Assembly: GCA_036867785.1 (NCBI GenBank)
Contig: CP145423.1
Coordinates: forward strand, 434,001-498,000
Length of the DNA: 64,000 bases
Direction: 5' to 3'
DNA from: Plasmodiophora brassicae
Lineage: Eukaryota
Under the pieces are notes generated by a model that was given only the letters and a program-made list of their open reading frames with translations, did no database searches and was not told where the DNA came from. The translations under genes were made by a program, and so were the position numbers. Shown in pieces: positions 13,355 through 25,002 of the stretch; positions within the stretch are counted from its first letter, which is position 1, and each line of letters starts with the position of its first letter.

Positions 13355-13552
13355 ATGCCGAACTCGGGGAAGCATGGCGGCCTGGACCGGCACTCGGGAT
13401 CCGGCGTTCGCGGCGAGCCGAAGAAGGGCGGCGCGGGCGGCAAAGGCACCTGGGGCTCCGTGACCGACCACACCGTCGCGCCGGCCGCGCTTGACAAGAA
13501 CGACCCGAACTACGACCCGCACGACTCGCCGAAGTCCAAGCCCAAGCACTGA
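13355..13552 (+). CDS. 65-aa microprotein consisting of a PDCD4/SERBP1-like ribosome-binding motif
   Basis: DRHSGSGVRGEPKKGGAGGKGTWG..DKNDPNYD closely matches the PDCD4 N-terminal motif; strong C/G third-position codon bias. Confidence 0.75.
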   Translation: MPNSGKHGGLDRHSGSGVRGEPKKGGAGGKGTWGSVTDHTVAPAALDKNDPNYDPHDSPKSKPKH

Positions 13553-13598
13553 TCCACGCGTCCAAGGCTGTCTCCGAAATACAACGGTCCCACATTGG

Positions 13599-15387
13599 CT
13601 ATGTTATTGGATGATTATGCTGCTGTTCGTCGTCGTCGTCGCTGCGCGCGCTAGTTATCTCGGGCAGCGACCCGATCGTGATCATCAACGCATCCGCGTT
13701 GTCGTCCGTGTGCTCATCGTCCGGTGGACGATACCCTCGCACCTCCCGAATAATCTCGTTCGTCCACGTCTCCAGTCGTGCCAGCATCTCCAGCACCGTC
13801 TCCTGGTCCGGCACGACCTGCCCGAACACGCGCCGCAAGACGCCATCCAGCTCGAGCTTCAGCGTCTCCCACATCGTCGTCCCATCCCACCATTGCTGCT
13901 CCCTGAACATGCAATCAGCGGCCGTCCAGGAATATTAGGGCGCGCGCAATATGTACAGCTCGCGAATGCAGCTCTCGCTGGAAGCGATCTCTCCCTGCAG
14001 CTCGGACACGACAGCGCGCTTGCTGGGTTTACCGGCGCCGTGGCCACCCCGGCAGTCGGCATTCGCGTCATCGTCGGCGGTGGCCTGCTTGATAAATGCC
14101 GTCAGCGCGTAGATCTCGTCGAACTGGACGATGTTGGCGCGCTCCCGGTCCTGGAACCACTGGCACAGCTGGTCGCCGGCGCTGTTGATGCCCGTCTCGG
14201 CGCAGATGCGCTGCCAGTCCGCCTGACGTTTGGCCAGCCATCGTCCCCCTTCCTCCACCTTGACCTGGTCGATCGCGTTGCTCCACGTGGCCTGCGCCCA
14301 GATGCTGCAGACGCGCTCCAGCTCGTCGACGCTGGTGGCCGCGTTCGGATCAATGAGTGCCAGCGACGGCGCGTCCTTCTCGCCACGTCGATACCGTCGT
14401 AGGGTCTCCTCAATGCTTTCCTTCTCACGGACGACTGTTAGCAGGTGTCGCCATTCCGCATCGCAGACCTGCTCCAGCTTGTCGCTCGTGGCCATCAGCG
14501 CGGCCACCATCTGTCGGGCGCCGTTCTCCGCCGACACCGTCTCATCGATCGCCTTGAACACGTTCACGATGTCGTCCCGCCGCGCCTCCCTCTGCTGACC
14601 CTAATATGCGACGCGTTAACGCGTTGCATCACAGTCGAGCTCTCCGGTCGTACGAGTTTGACTAAAGTGCTCGTCAGGATCTGGTTCGAATGCGTCAGGT
14701 CCTCGAGCGACGTCTTCAGGGTGCGCATCTCCATGCGCAGCGTGGACAATTTAACATTCGACGCCGACATTTGCGTTTCCAGGGCGACGACCCGGTGCTC
14801 CTGTTTCGTCTGGCGCCTGGCGAACTTGACGTACCCGTCGTCGCTGGCGACCTTGTCGGCAATGGCACGGTCCAGGGCGGCGAGTCGGCGATGCAACGAG
14901 CCCAGCGTCCTCTTCGTGCCGATGGTGCCCCGTTTGACCTGGTCCTCGATCTGGAGCAGGCGTGTGGCGCTGGCGCCCAGGGCGGACTTCGACGAGCGCC
15001 TGGCGACCTGGACGTCGCAGATGATGTCCTTTTCGATGTCGTCCTGCTCGAGCTCCTGTACGGTCGCCCGAGCGAGCTGGAGTTGCCGCTTGGCATCGCG
15101 ACGAGGGTGCGTTCGGTCGTAGTCGTTCTGCTTGCTGTGCAGCGCCTTCGACAGGCGCGCCAGGTCGATCTGCGCATCCTGGACGATGTCGTTCGTGGAG
15201 AACAACGATGATGAACGATACAGGGCGCCGGGCACAGCGCCCAACATCGTACGACGTCCTCGACGACCGTTCAGATTCCACACGCGACTGGGTACGCTCG
15301 CTGATGATGGCAGACTCACATCGGTTCCAAATCCGTCCCCTCTTTCGGCAATGATGAACGACATCTTGTGTTTGGCGTCCTGCATTG
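13599..15387 (-). CDS. Coiled-coil hypothetical protein; multi-exon
   Basis: Three consecutive minus-strand ORFs with coding bias and heptad-rich composition, separated by short introns. Confidence 0.55.
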
Positions 15388-15542
15388 GCAAATCCTCAAT
15401 TTCTTGCCCAATGAAAGCGGCTGGTACGCTACTGCTGGACGAATCGGTGAGCGACGATGCGATTAGGGCAACCGCCGCGGCTGATCAGGACCGTACCTAA
15501 TGGTAGGCGGCGCTGAGGGCGCTGTCAGCGGGCGTGGGTGGG

Positions 15543-17242
15543 ATGGCAGCGGACAGGGTGACATTGACGCCGCTCGACGCATTGCCTGGAGTATCAAGTG
15601 CCAAGAGAACCCGTCGAGGTTGGCCACGTTCGCACAGGGCCTGAACTGGGCGCGCTGATGATGATTTCGTGGTCGCAGATTGGACCTATCCAATCGTCGC
15701 GTCGCCTGCTTGGACGACCTGTCGCAATTGTGCCAGACGTTGGCGCTGCCGGCGTCTCTGACCCAGCACGTCGATCTCCGGCACAACGGCCTTGGGCCGG
15801 AGGCAGCCGACCCGATCGCGCGCATGCTCGTCGTCAACAGGTCTCTGCTATCGTTAGGTAGTCGAATGCATCGTTTGTGACGTTGTAATGAATTTCCTAA
15901 CATTGCCTGAGGGTTCAGATCTGCGATGGAACCGCATCGGCACGGCTGGGGCCACCACGCTTCTGTCGTCGCTGACTGAAAACCGGATCCTGCAGGATTG
16001 TCGACTGGCAGGAAACGACGTGGACTCTGTCATCCTGTCGCGAATCGACGATTGCTGCCGGCGGAATCGTTTGCATCGCCCTGGGCCGTACTTGTCGCTT
16101 GCCGACCGCAGCAAACCGTGCCGACCGGTCGTTCCTGTTGCGTTCGGGGACGACCAGCTCAATTCGCTACGCGCCCTGATGTCGTTCGATCGAAAGGTGA
16201 CCCGACGGCACGGCTTCCTGCTCGAACCTGACATGTAGTATCTGGTGGTAGGAGAAGGAGCGCGCGGAGCTCGAGGCGACCAGAGCCCAGAACCGTCTCA
16301 GTGTCGCCCTGAACGATATCCGGCAGCAAGCCTGTCGTGAACGCGATCTGGCAAACGCGTGGGATCGCGAACGGCAACGCCTGGAACACGTCCTGGCCGA
16401 CGCCAGGCGCTCCATTGACAACGAACGAGTCGAGCACGACCGAAAGATCCGTCACCTGGAAGGTCTGAATTACGATATTGTCGCATTCGCCAGTGCCGGC
16501 GCCCGTCCTGAACACACTGCTTTAGAGCGGTGCCTCGTCACCCAGATTAGCAGCGAGGAGATGCAGAAGCACCTGCAGGAGAAGCTGGAGGTGCGCATGC
16601 AGTCCAGTTGCCACTGTATGAGCGGCGCCCTAATATGCCGCGTGGCAGCACTGGCAACGATGCTATGCGGAGATGGAAGGAGAGCATGTCGCTGCTGTCG
16701 AAAGCCAGGAACGCATGGCATCGACGCGCATCCAGGCGGTGTGCAGGCAGAGGGACGCCGCCCAGCATGAGGTGCTGTCGCTGAAGGCGGAGCTGGACGT
16801 CAGCCGGCACGAGATTGCTGAGTTGAGGCGGGCGGCGCAGCAGATGCAGGCGGAAATCGTGTCGCTGAGCAGACAACTCGCCGACAGTTCCACTCAGGTG
16901 TCGCAAGCCAAGGCGGGGGAGGCGGACGCCAAATCGGCACTTGCTATTGTACAGAACCGCCTGGCCATTGCCGAGAAACAAGCGCTGGACAGTGCCGCCC
17001 GCGAACGCGACAACGCGTTATCGATGGCGCATGACTGCATCCATCGGCTGGAGATGGCGCTCGACGCCATGTCGAGCGATGAACGACGCGCGCAGGCTCG
17101 CGAGCAACGTCAGCTCCAGCAACTTCAGCACAAGGAGAAAGCTTCAATGCGGCGCGCCCTCAGCCGCGCTGTCGTCACCGTCGAAAAAGCATTTGCCGAT
17201 GACCAATGCGACCCAGGATACGTCGCAGCCGACTATCTCTAA
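15543..17242 (+). CDS. RNI-like leucine-rich-repeat + coiled-coil protein (LRRC45-like); multi-exon, start approximate
   Basis: LDLSNR, VDLRHNGLGPEAA, DLRWNRIGTAGA and LAGNDV LRRs followed by a long coiled coil. Confidence 0.65.
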
Positions 17243-17779
17243 CTGTGTCGAAGTACACTTGTCATGCGCGTTCGTCCATCATTTATTCATGTCGTATCGG
17301 TCCGGCCAGTGCACCGGGTAGCTTGCCTTTGCCGACGGTTTACCCTTCGATTCCCCGATGGCGTTGTCGGCGTCGTTACCTCGGGTAGCAATGCTGCTGC
17401 GGCGCTTGAATTCACACATTGCCAGGCACCTGTCACTGGTTAGGGCTTCGAGACCGAGGCGCCTGAGTGAAAAGCGCGAAGAACAGAATAAACTAAAACT
17501 AACGACTTCAGTAAACCCGGGCCGCCAAGATGCCCAACACCTGACTGATGCCGCACGGGACAAGAAAACGGTTTGGCGACGTGTTCCGCTTCTGCACGGC
17601 ATCGACCGAAAGCCCAGCTCCCACGCCTTCACGTTTCACTTTCTGGATATACCGAATCCCCAGCCAGCGCGGGTACGCGTTGCTCGCTGCGTAGATGGCG
17701 CTTGGAACCAGCAGGAGCAGGTGCGCTGCGGGATAATGCTCATTGGTATTGTACAATACTAGATGCGTCTCCGTCGCGA

Positions 17780-18330
17780 TGCCCAGATCGGCACACATTG
17801 CGATCGCCGCTACGCTCTGTGGACCTATTGTATGGAGCGTTGGATCAAGTTTATGAAAGGCTAGCTCCTGACCTCAGCAGTATCGGAAGCGTTGCAAGAA
17901 GCTGCAACTTGCGATGGCCGCGACTCTCGTCAGGGCGGATATGAATGGACACCTGATGGCATGACCCTTGCAGAGAAATTGACGGCAATAATATGCCACC
18001 ATTATCGGAACCATTCATGGAAGAAACGTTGCCAAACAGCAGCCGAACGTCAGAACGGCACGTCAGGTGTCCATGCATATCCGCTCTGACGAGAGTCGTG
18101 GCCATAGCAAGTTGCAGCTTCTTGCCGATACTGAACGCTTCCGATACTGCTGAGATCAGAACGCTTCCGATACTGTTGAGGTCAGGAGCCCTTTCATAGA
18201 CTTGATCCAACGCTCCATACAATAGGTCCACAGAAAGACGTAAACGGGGCCCCAATATCGTATTATGTCACAGAGATGCGCGAGCATTGTGGCAACGTCG
18301 GATCCATTGACACAGGAAATACTCATTTGC
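17780..18330. pseudogene. CACTA/EnSpm-type transposase (DUF4218-like) fragments, two copies in inverted orientation
   Basis: MLAHLCDIIRYWGPVYVF.WTYCMERWIKSMK on the minus strand and LWTYCMERWIKFMK on the plus strand; frameshifted. Confidence 0.55.
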
Positions 18331-19196
18331 GTCACCCTCGTCCGGCAGTTTCGCTTCCCCGTCATCGCTGGACTCCAACCATTCCCGAAGAAAGAAGTTG
18401 CCATCGACGTCATCGGGCGACTTTGCCAGAAGTAGTCTCCCACTGCGTCATCATCGGCTGACGACTTCTCCTCCAGTGCGGCGTTCACATCACGACTCAT
18501 CGGCGCGAATCTCACGCTGGACCAACTGATACCTACCCGCGTTCGTTGCGAAGTGCGTGGTATGTACCACTTTCAACTTCCATGACGATCCGGCCGCGCA
18601 GAGAATTGGATCCTGTAACCGGTTGCTGTGACTGCAAGCTGTCCCGAATTGACCGAAATTGACATTCTTGACCTGAATTTGACGCGGAATTTTTCCCAGT
18701 GTTATGCCTCCCTTCGAGAGCACGACCTGCAGTGTCAAAACGTCTTCGATGGCCAGTGCAGCACCCTGAGCGTGGCTGTCGCCATCACGATCCCTAGAGC
18801 AGCATTCTCTGCAGCAGTCGACTGCCGTTCACATGTGGCCCAACATCAGTCGGCCTTGCACTGCAGTCTCCAGCACTGTACTTGTCGTTGGTAGTTGATA
18901 CTCGCAACGTATCGAAGAGGCTACTTAGCATACAAGAAACAGACAACCTGTTTGCTGTAGCCAAGCACACGACCAGCAGCATTTACGCATACATCCGGCG
19001 TGCGCGTCCTGCTAGCGAGATGCTCAGATGAATGATGATGTCGTTTGGCACAGCCCGGCTTCCAGAAAGTGCTTTTCGAGTCGGCCTCCGTCCGAAGGCT
19101 ATTCCCCATCGTCGGCCTTCGGATGGGTGCCAGCCGGTCCATCGGAATAGGGTATAACTATATACAATATTACCTCAAAATACGCCGTGTATCGTC

Positions 19197-21670
19197 CCTA
19201 CCAACGGTCCTACCAGGATCCTACCACGGATCCTACCGCACCCACGGATCCTACCAGACGCCGCCGCCCCCTCCCGGTACAACCAAGCGCACCGCCGCAC
19301 GCATCCCCACGCAGGTTTCCACACCGCATTGTCGACGTCATGGGTCGATCACGATCGTCTGGAGGGCAACGAACGCGCACAGCGGCCCAGTTCCGTGTCA
19401 GCAACCGGGCCAAGTACCATGTCCCCGCCGAGTTATGGGCGGACGCCGTTGTCGGTTTGGGCCTGGTTCGTCGCCGCCTGCGCGTCTCGGAAGGAACGAG
19501 CCGCCCTGTCACCGGGAGCAAGCCCCTGGCCAAGAACTCGGTGCATGCCTACGGCAAGCACATTCGTGGACTCAGGTACTACTGTTGCCTGGTGGGTGAC
19601 TACGACAGCCTTCTTGTCCTGCAGGACGATGCGCCATCTGATCACTGCCCGTCCATGAGTGCGAAGACGTTATCGAACTTTGTTCGGTTCAAGAGGGGCG
19701 TCAATGGGACGCCGCTTGTCGATGCCTCGGGCGTGCCCGTCCTGGATCGGCGTGGGCAGCCTGTCGTCTGCCAAGGCGGGTGGAATGGCCCTGGCAACGT
19801 GGAGCAGTTCGAGTCGGCTGTTACGGCGGTGCATGCGGCGCGCGATCAACGTGGCAACTTTGAAGACGTGTGCAACGCCTGCTGGGACGCGTTCCAGGCG
19901 GCGCGTCAAGCGAGTGCCTGCGGCCGGCATGTTGGACAGCATGACGAATCTTGCGACACGTGCTGGGCGACGTTCTCGAGATCGAGTCAGTCTTTCGGCT
20001 GCTTTCATCACGTCGGACAGCCACGCCTGTGGCGGCGCGGGAATCCTGTGCTGAGTCAAGTTGCGGTCGACACCAAGCAATGGATGAAACGCGAGACGCA
20101 AGGGTACAAGGCAGAGGGTAACTTCGCTCTGCTGCCTGACCAGCTACTCGAGATCAGGCGGCAGCTCGTTGCGACTGGCTCCCTCCGAGACTATTCCACC
20201 TGGGTGTCGATCCTGATCGGCGTCCACCTGTTCCTTCGGGCCGACGAGATCGTCGACATCGCGCTTGAAGATTTCTTGCTCGAGATGACGGCCAAGGACG
20301 ACCTGGACCGCGTCGATCAGCTCGTCATGCAGGTCTGCGGCAAGTCGGAGAGGGCCAAGGCCGAGGGTTCCGTCAATCTGGTCTTGTACCGGCTTGATTC
20401 GCACCCGAAGCTATGCCCCATCCGGGCGTTGTTCACGTTGGTGTCTCGGACACGCATCAAGTCCGGGTTGGTCTTCGGCACGAAGCAACACCTTGACGCG
20501 ATCGACCGAGGCGCCGCTTCGTTCGAATCGTTCCCGGATGGATTGTCCTACGACGAGTTCAACGCCGAGTTCGTTCGTGTTTGCAGGCCTGTCGTCGGCG
20601 ACGACACGATGCACCGGTACGGCCCGCACTCGATCCGCAAGACGGCGTACCTGTTCGCCATCTGGGGTGGTGGCGACCTCGATCACATCAGGCAAGCGGC
20701 GCGCCACAAGACGCTCAAGAACGCGGAATTGTATTATCGCGATTCGAAAGCTCTGCTGGCCCGGGCGCGCAGGACGAACAGCCACGTACTGGCGTTGACG
20801 CCCAAGTGGGAGCCGATCTTCCTGGAGAACCTGCGCAACGCTCGGCGGATCGCTCTCGATAGCAGGTGCCCGCCGCAGTCGAGCTCGATACCCGGGTTGG
20901 CATCGACGTACGTCGCGACACAGCTCCGGGTCGATCCGGCGTCCGTGTCCCTGATGCAGCTCATCTCTCTGGCAGAGCGCGATATCCCTGAGACGCCGGC
21001 GTTTCAACAATTGGAACAACTGCTTCAAACGCATGTGCCCCAGCTGGCACAGACGATGATGTCGCTGGTTAACCAGGTCGTTCTCCAACGACTCAACAAT
21101 TCGGAATCTCAGCCAGCCATCCAGCAGCCACCGGCCCCGCCCCCAGTCCAACCGCCGATGGCGTCGTCATTGTCACCTCCGCCGCCGCTGCCGCAACCTG
21201 ATCCGAACGATGACAACCGGGGGTGCGCGAGGCGAGGCGGTAATGTCGATCTTCCTGGGCGTTCACAGCTGGCCAAGCTTTCGACTTCGTCGGAGAAGAT
21301 TGTGCTGCTTCTATCCATCGAGGCGTCGCTGCCGGCCAGCAAGAAAGACCTGACCGAGCGTGCACGCACGTTCGTCAATCAGGTCGTGACGCCAGTACTG
21401 CGGTGCTACCGCGAACACTGCGCCTCGTCGTTGCCCGAATTCGTCGACAAGTGGGGGGCCAACTTCTCACACTCCCGGTTTTCGAAGGGGTGCGGTTGTG
21501 TGGAGCCCCAATAAATTGGATGATTCGTTCCGGGCCTACCTGCGTTCCCAGCTGGCAATGCGTTCCTGGCGGTTTGCTTGCACCGCCCGGCTATGTACAT
21601 AGGTAGGCCTGGCGGTCACAAAAGTGCGCAGTGCGCGCATTTTTTGTGACCCTCCTACCATCCTACCACG
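19197..21670 (+). mobile_element. Putative Crypton-like YR element delimited by TCCTACC direct-repeat clusters
   Basis: CCTACC repeats at 19197-19256 and 21653-21670; ATCCTACCACG at 19218-19228 and 21660-21670. Confidence 0.5.
19340..21514 (+). CDS. Tyrosine recombinase, intronless, Crypton-like DNA transposon protein
   Basis: Complete catalytic set: R (LFLRADE), K (GKSE), HxxR (HSIRKT), H (ARHK), Y (AELYYRD); LCPIRAL motif; no RT or RNase H nearby. Confidence 0.85.
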   Translation: MGRSRSSGGQRTRTAAQFRVSNRAKYHVPAELWADAVVGLGLVRRRLRVSEGTSRPVTGSKPLAKNSVHAYGKHIRGLRYYCCLVGDYDSLLVLQDDAPSDHCPSMSAKTLSNFVRFKRGVNGTPLVDASGVPVLDRRGQPVVCQGGWNGPGNVEQFESAVTAVHAARDQRGNFEDVCNACWDAFQAARQASACGRHVGQHDESCDTCWATFSRSSQSFGCFHHVGQPRLWRRGNPVLSQVAVDTKQWMKRETQGYKAEGNFALLPDQLLEIRRQLVATGSLRDYSTWVSILIGVHLFLRADEIVDIALEDFLLEMTAKDDLDRVDQLVMQVCGKSERAKAEGSVNLVLYRLDSHPKLCPIRALFTLVSRTRIKSGLVFGTKQHLDAIDRGAASFESFPDGLSYDEFNAEFVRVCRPVVGDDTMHRYGPHSIRKTAYLFAIWGGGDLDHIRQAARHKTLKNAELYYRDSKALLARARRTNSHVLALTPKWEPIFLENLRNARRIALDSRCPPQSSSIPGLASTYVATQLRVDPASVSLMQLISLAERDIPETPAFQQLEQLLQTHVPQLAQTMMSLVNQVVLQRLNNSESQPAIQQPPAPPPVQPPMASSLSPPPPLPQPDPNDDNRGCARRGGNVDLPGRSQLAKLSTSSEKIVLLLSIEASLPASKKDLTERARTFVNQVVTPVLRCYREHCASSLPEFVDKWGANFSHSRFSKGCGCVEPQ

Positions 21671-22087
21671 ACACTAACTTATCGCAGTCCGTGGCCATGT
21701 CGGGATATGTAGCTATCGATACCGACGCTAGCCTGATTTCCATCTCTCGCTCATGCTCTGTTCATCTTCGTACGCTCCGGTATGCCCAATTCTTGCGTCA
21801 AGGGACATTTCTTCTCCAGGCCTTCCTTCGGAATCAGCCGGGCCTTCGGACGGCGACCTGGGTCGCCGAAAACGGCATTTTCTGGAACCCGGGGCACAGC
21901 AAGTGACGGAGTCGTAAGGTATGGTACCCTTTGGTGGTGGAGAAGGAGGAGCGGCGCTCGAAATGTCCTCAAGGCGTTCGCCGAGCCGTCCTCGATAATA
22001 TGTCAGTTGACCTCGATCATTGCGGGCCGTGTGTGGGTTCGTATTCTTATCGGGAAGAACAGTACTGTGCCGATGCTTTTCGGTCAA

Positions 22088-23113
22088 TTACGATTGTACT
22101 GAACGAAAGGAGATACCAACAGTAGCGTTTCCAGCGGGTAGGTATCGAAACGTGGCACGAGCTGCTGATAGGAACGGGACGCCTAGCGTCCACATGTGGC
22201 TGTCGTGGGCTCGAAATTTGACAACGCAACCCTGCTGGTTGTCCTCAATCATGGTCCAGTGACGCCAGCCGATCGCCACAATCTTGCCTTGAACAACGAC
22301 GCTCAGGACAGGCCAGGAATCCCGACTCTGGCAATTCGATATGAACCCGTTGTCGTCGGCGTTCAGCAGGCGGAAGATTGGGCGCGCCTGCCGGGAAGGG
22401 ATTCTGATCCAGGTGCAACCTGTATCTGTTTGGCAATGCAAGTAAGATCATGTGCGTAAATACAGATTGTGGCATCACCGACCAATTAGGGCATGCGCAG
22501 CTCTATGGACAGTGCCCCCGAACTGAATCGAATCCGTGAGGATCTCCCACGACGGCGTCGGCGACGGTATCGTGGTCACCCACACCATGTCACGGTCGGT
22601 CGCATCGCCGGTGATCATGACGACGCCCTTCGAGACATCAAAGGTGATCATTGTCCCGTTAGTAGCGGCGAGAAACGTCATTGCAGCGGGGCTCGCTGGT
22701 GATAACCCCATCACGCCATACATTCGTCCATCAGCGTCTGACGCTTTAACGCTCGTTCTGTCAACTATCCCTAGCCGCAACCTGGCTGATGTCGCGTTAG
22801 CCATGCCACCCAGAGTTGCGACATCGTCGCCCGTGACGCCGAACGACCCGGTGCCGTCCGCGTAATGCACGTCGAACGGAACGCCCGTCGCGGCATACGA
22901 TGATGACAGGGTCGGATTAAAGGACGGCGCGCCGACCGCTGGCACCCAGGAATGGGTCGACCCGGTGTCCAGTTCGACCAGCACTGATTGCGCTGGGGTC
23001 CCAATCGACATTCCCGCCAGGAACATGTCGTTCACGGCCACGAGCGGGACGACCTGCTGGTCGGCGACCGCGTTGCCAATCGCGAGTAGGGCGACGATAG
23101 CTCGCCACCACAT
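22088..23113 (-). CDS. Secreted pepsin-like (A1) aspartic protease; one likely intron
   Basis: Signal peptide MWWRAIVALLAIG; IGTPAQ..LDTGS, flap Y (HYADG), GVMGL; second DTG after a short intron; WTLGVPFL. Confidence 0.85.
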
Positions 23114-23806
23114 CTCGAGGCGTTTCAGTGAATGGGGCGGAACCAGCGTTCCGCCATGAGTCATGCGTGCTGAGAAGTGAACCAACAATGGGCCACGACG
23201 TCACGGAGACTGTATTGAAAACGGAGGCTGTCAAAAGGAACAGCTCCATGAATCAGACTGTGCGCACGGTGGCGCCGGGTTCGGCGCGCAGGGCTGGCTC
23301 CTTGACGATTGCGAGCGGCCGCCACGTGCAGCTACCTATGTAGGTAAGGCACCCAGAACTGGCCAAAGCCCGAGCGGGCTCGCGGATTAAGAATCCGCAG
23401 AGTTTGCGACCGACGCAGACGCTGCAGCTGTCGTCCGTTGCACGAGAAAAAATCGGCAATCCGAGCGGGCCCCGTCTCTCATGGTGATTGAGGTCCGCTG
23501 TAAAAACGTCCTGCACAAAGAGTCCCCCCCCCCCCCCCACTGATCGCATCACGACCAACATCACGATTTCCGTCACAATACAAAATTACGATCACCCATT
23601 CGATGCCACTCGCAGTCTCCACCAGAGGTCCGAGACGAAAAACCTCCCACAGAGACGCGGCACCTTCCTGGAACACGGAGACACCCCGCGGCGCAATGAA
23701 TCGGCGCCGTCGCCACTGGTGTCGGCAGTCGCGCACAACCCATCTGGGAACCTGACTGGACTCTGAGTCTTACTGGCGCCCGCACCTGGCCTGCCGCCGG
23801 GGCACA

Positions 23807-24550
23807 ATGAATCCGGCGCCGATTGTTGCGGACGTCGGCGTCAACGCCATCTTGCCAGCGATCCCGGCGGCACCGCCGCTTCAGCGGGTGGGCGCCGCCC
23901 ATTTACGTCTCAGGGTCGCCGAGGTCCACAATGCGTCGTCCTGCGGGCTCGCCGTGACGACGTCAGATCTGGGCGACCACGTCACGTTCGTTGTCGCCTG
24001 CGACAACGCCAACGTCCCGGGCGCCGTCGTGGGACCGCCCGCCTGGGCCGCGCCGCTGCTCGAGCTTCCGGCACAAGTTGCCGCTTTACAAGGTCAAGTT
24101 GCCGCTTTACAAGGTCAAGTTGCCGCTTTACAAGGTCAAGTTGCCGCTTTACAAGGTCAAGTTGCCGCTTTACAAGGTCAAGTTGCCGCTTTACAAGGTC
24201 AAGTTGCCGCTTTACAAGGTCAAGTTGCCGCAGTACGAGAGCAACTCGTCGCGCAAGACGCCGCGATGCAAGCGCTAGACGCGCGGATCCTCAACGGGAC
24301 GGTTGAGGCGCCTGACGACATGATCGTGGCCGTTGTCAACGCGGCCGGCGATGCCGTGCCGGCGGCGTTCCCGGCGACGCGTCGGCAACTAACGGCGCTG
24401 ACCGGCGCTCACGCGAACGGTCTGCTGGCCTATTACGGAATGCCGGCGGGCGGCACCGTCGCGCAGCCGTCGGCGTCTGGCGCGCCGTCTCGGCGTGCGC
24501 AATGTAGGCGTTATCCAGTAGTCCTGATCCGAGCCCTCGAGCGGACATAA
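23807..24550 (+). pseudogene. Mug135-like (DUF1773 C-terminal) heptad-repeat gene, copy 1; 2-bp deletion frameshifts the last helix
   Basis: FPATRRQLTALTG..LLAYYGM motif; 7x 21-bp QVAALQG units at 24074-24220; CAGCCGTCGG versus CAGCGCCGTCGG in copy 2. Confidence 0.7.
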
Positions 24551-24666
24551 CCCCCCCGTTTCTTGAACACGGTCCTTGATGAGGTGTGGGTTTCAAAAGA
24601 CGAGCAATTATCTCCTATGTAAAAGACGCTCGACTTGAAGAACTGACCAAATTCGGGCAGTTTCCT

Positions 24667-24699
<33 letters not shown>

Positions 24700-25002
24700 C
24701 TGTTATTGTCTATCAGACCGAGACGGGTCCCGGCTTCCCACGGAGACGCGGCACCGATAAATCCCTGTCGCCGACGACCTTCCTGGAAAACGGAGACACC
24801 TCGAAGTCGTCGTGTAGCTGGACCGGTGGCGGGCGGCCAGCAAGGTCCCGCGCGTCCCGTTCGAGTTCGATTCGGGCTACCGAAGCGCATCACAGTGCGA
24901 GTAGTCGAACCATCGATGCCGTTGCGCCCAGTCAGACCCAGCGTCCAGTCATGCTCCCCGATGGGTTGTGGTGCGCGACTGCCGACACGACGCCGCGGCC
25001 CA

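Noticed and set aside
24074-24220. Common origin of the QVAALQG 21-mer and the 35.8-kb 21-mer satellite
   Set aside because: Only short motif resemblance; the units do not align over their length.
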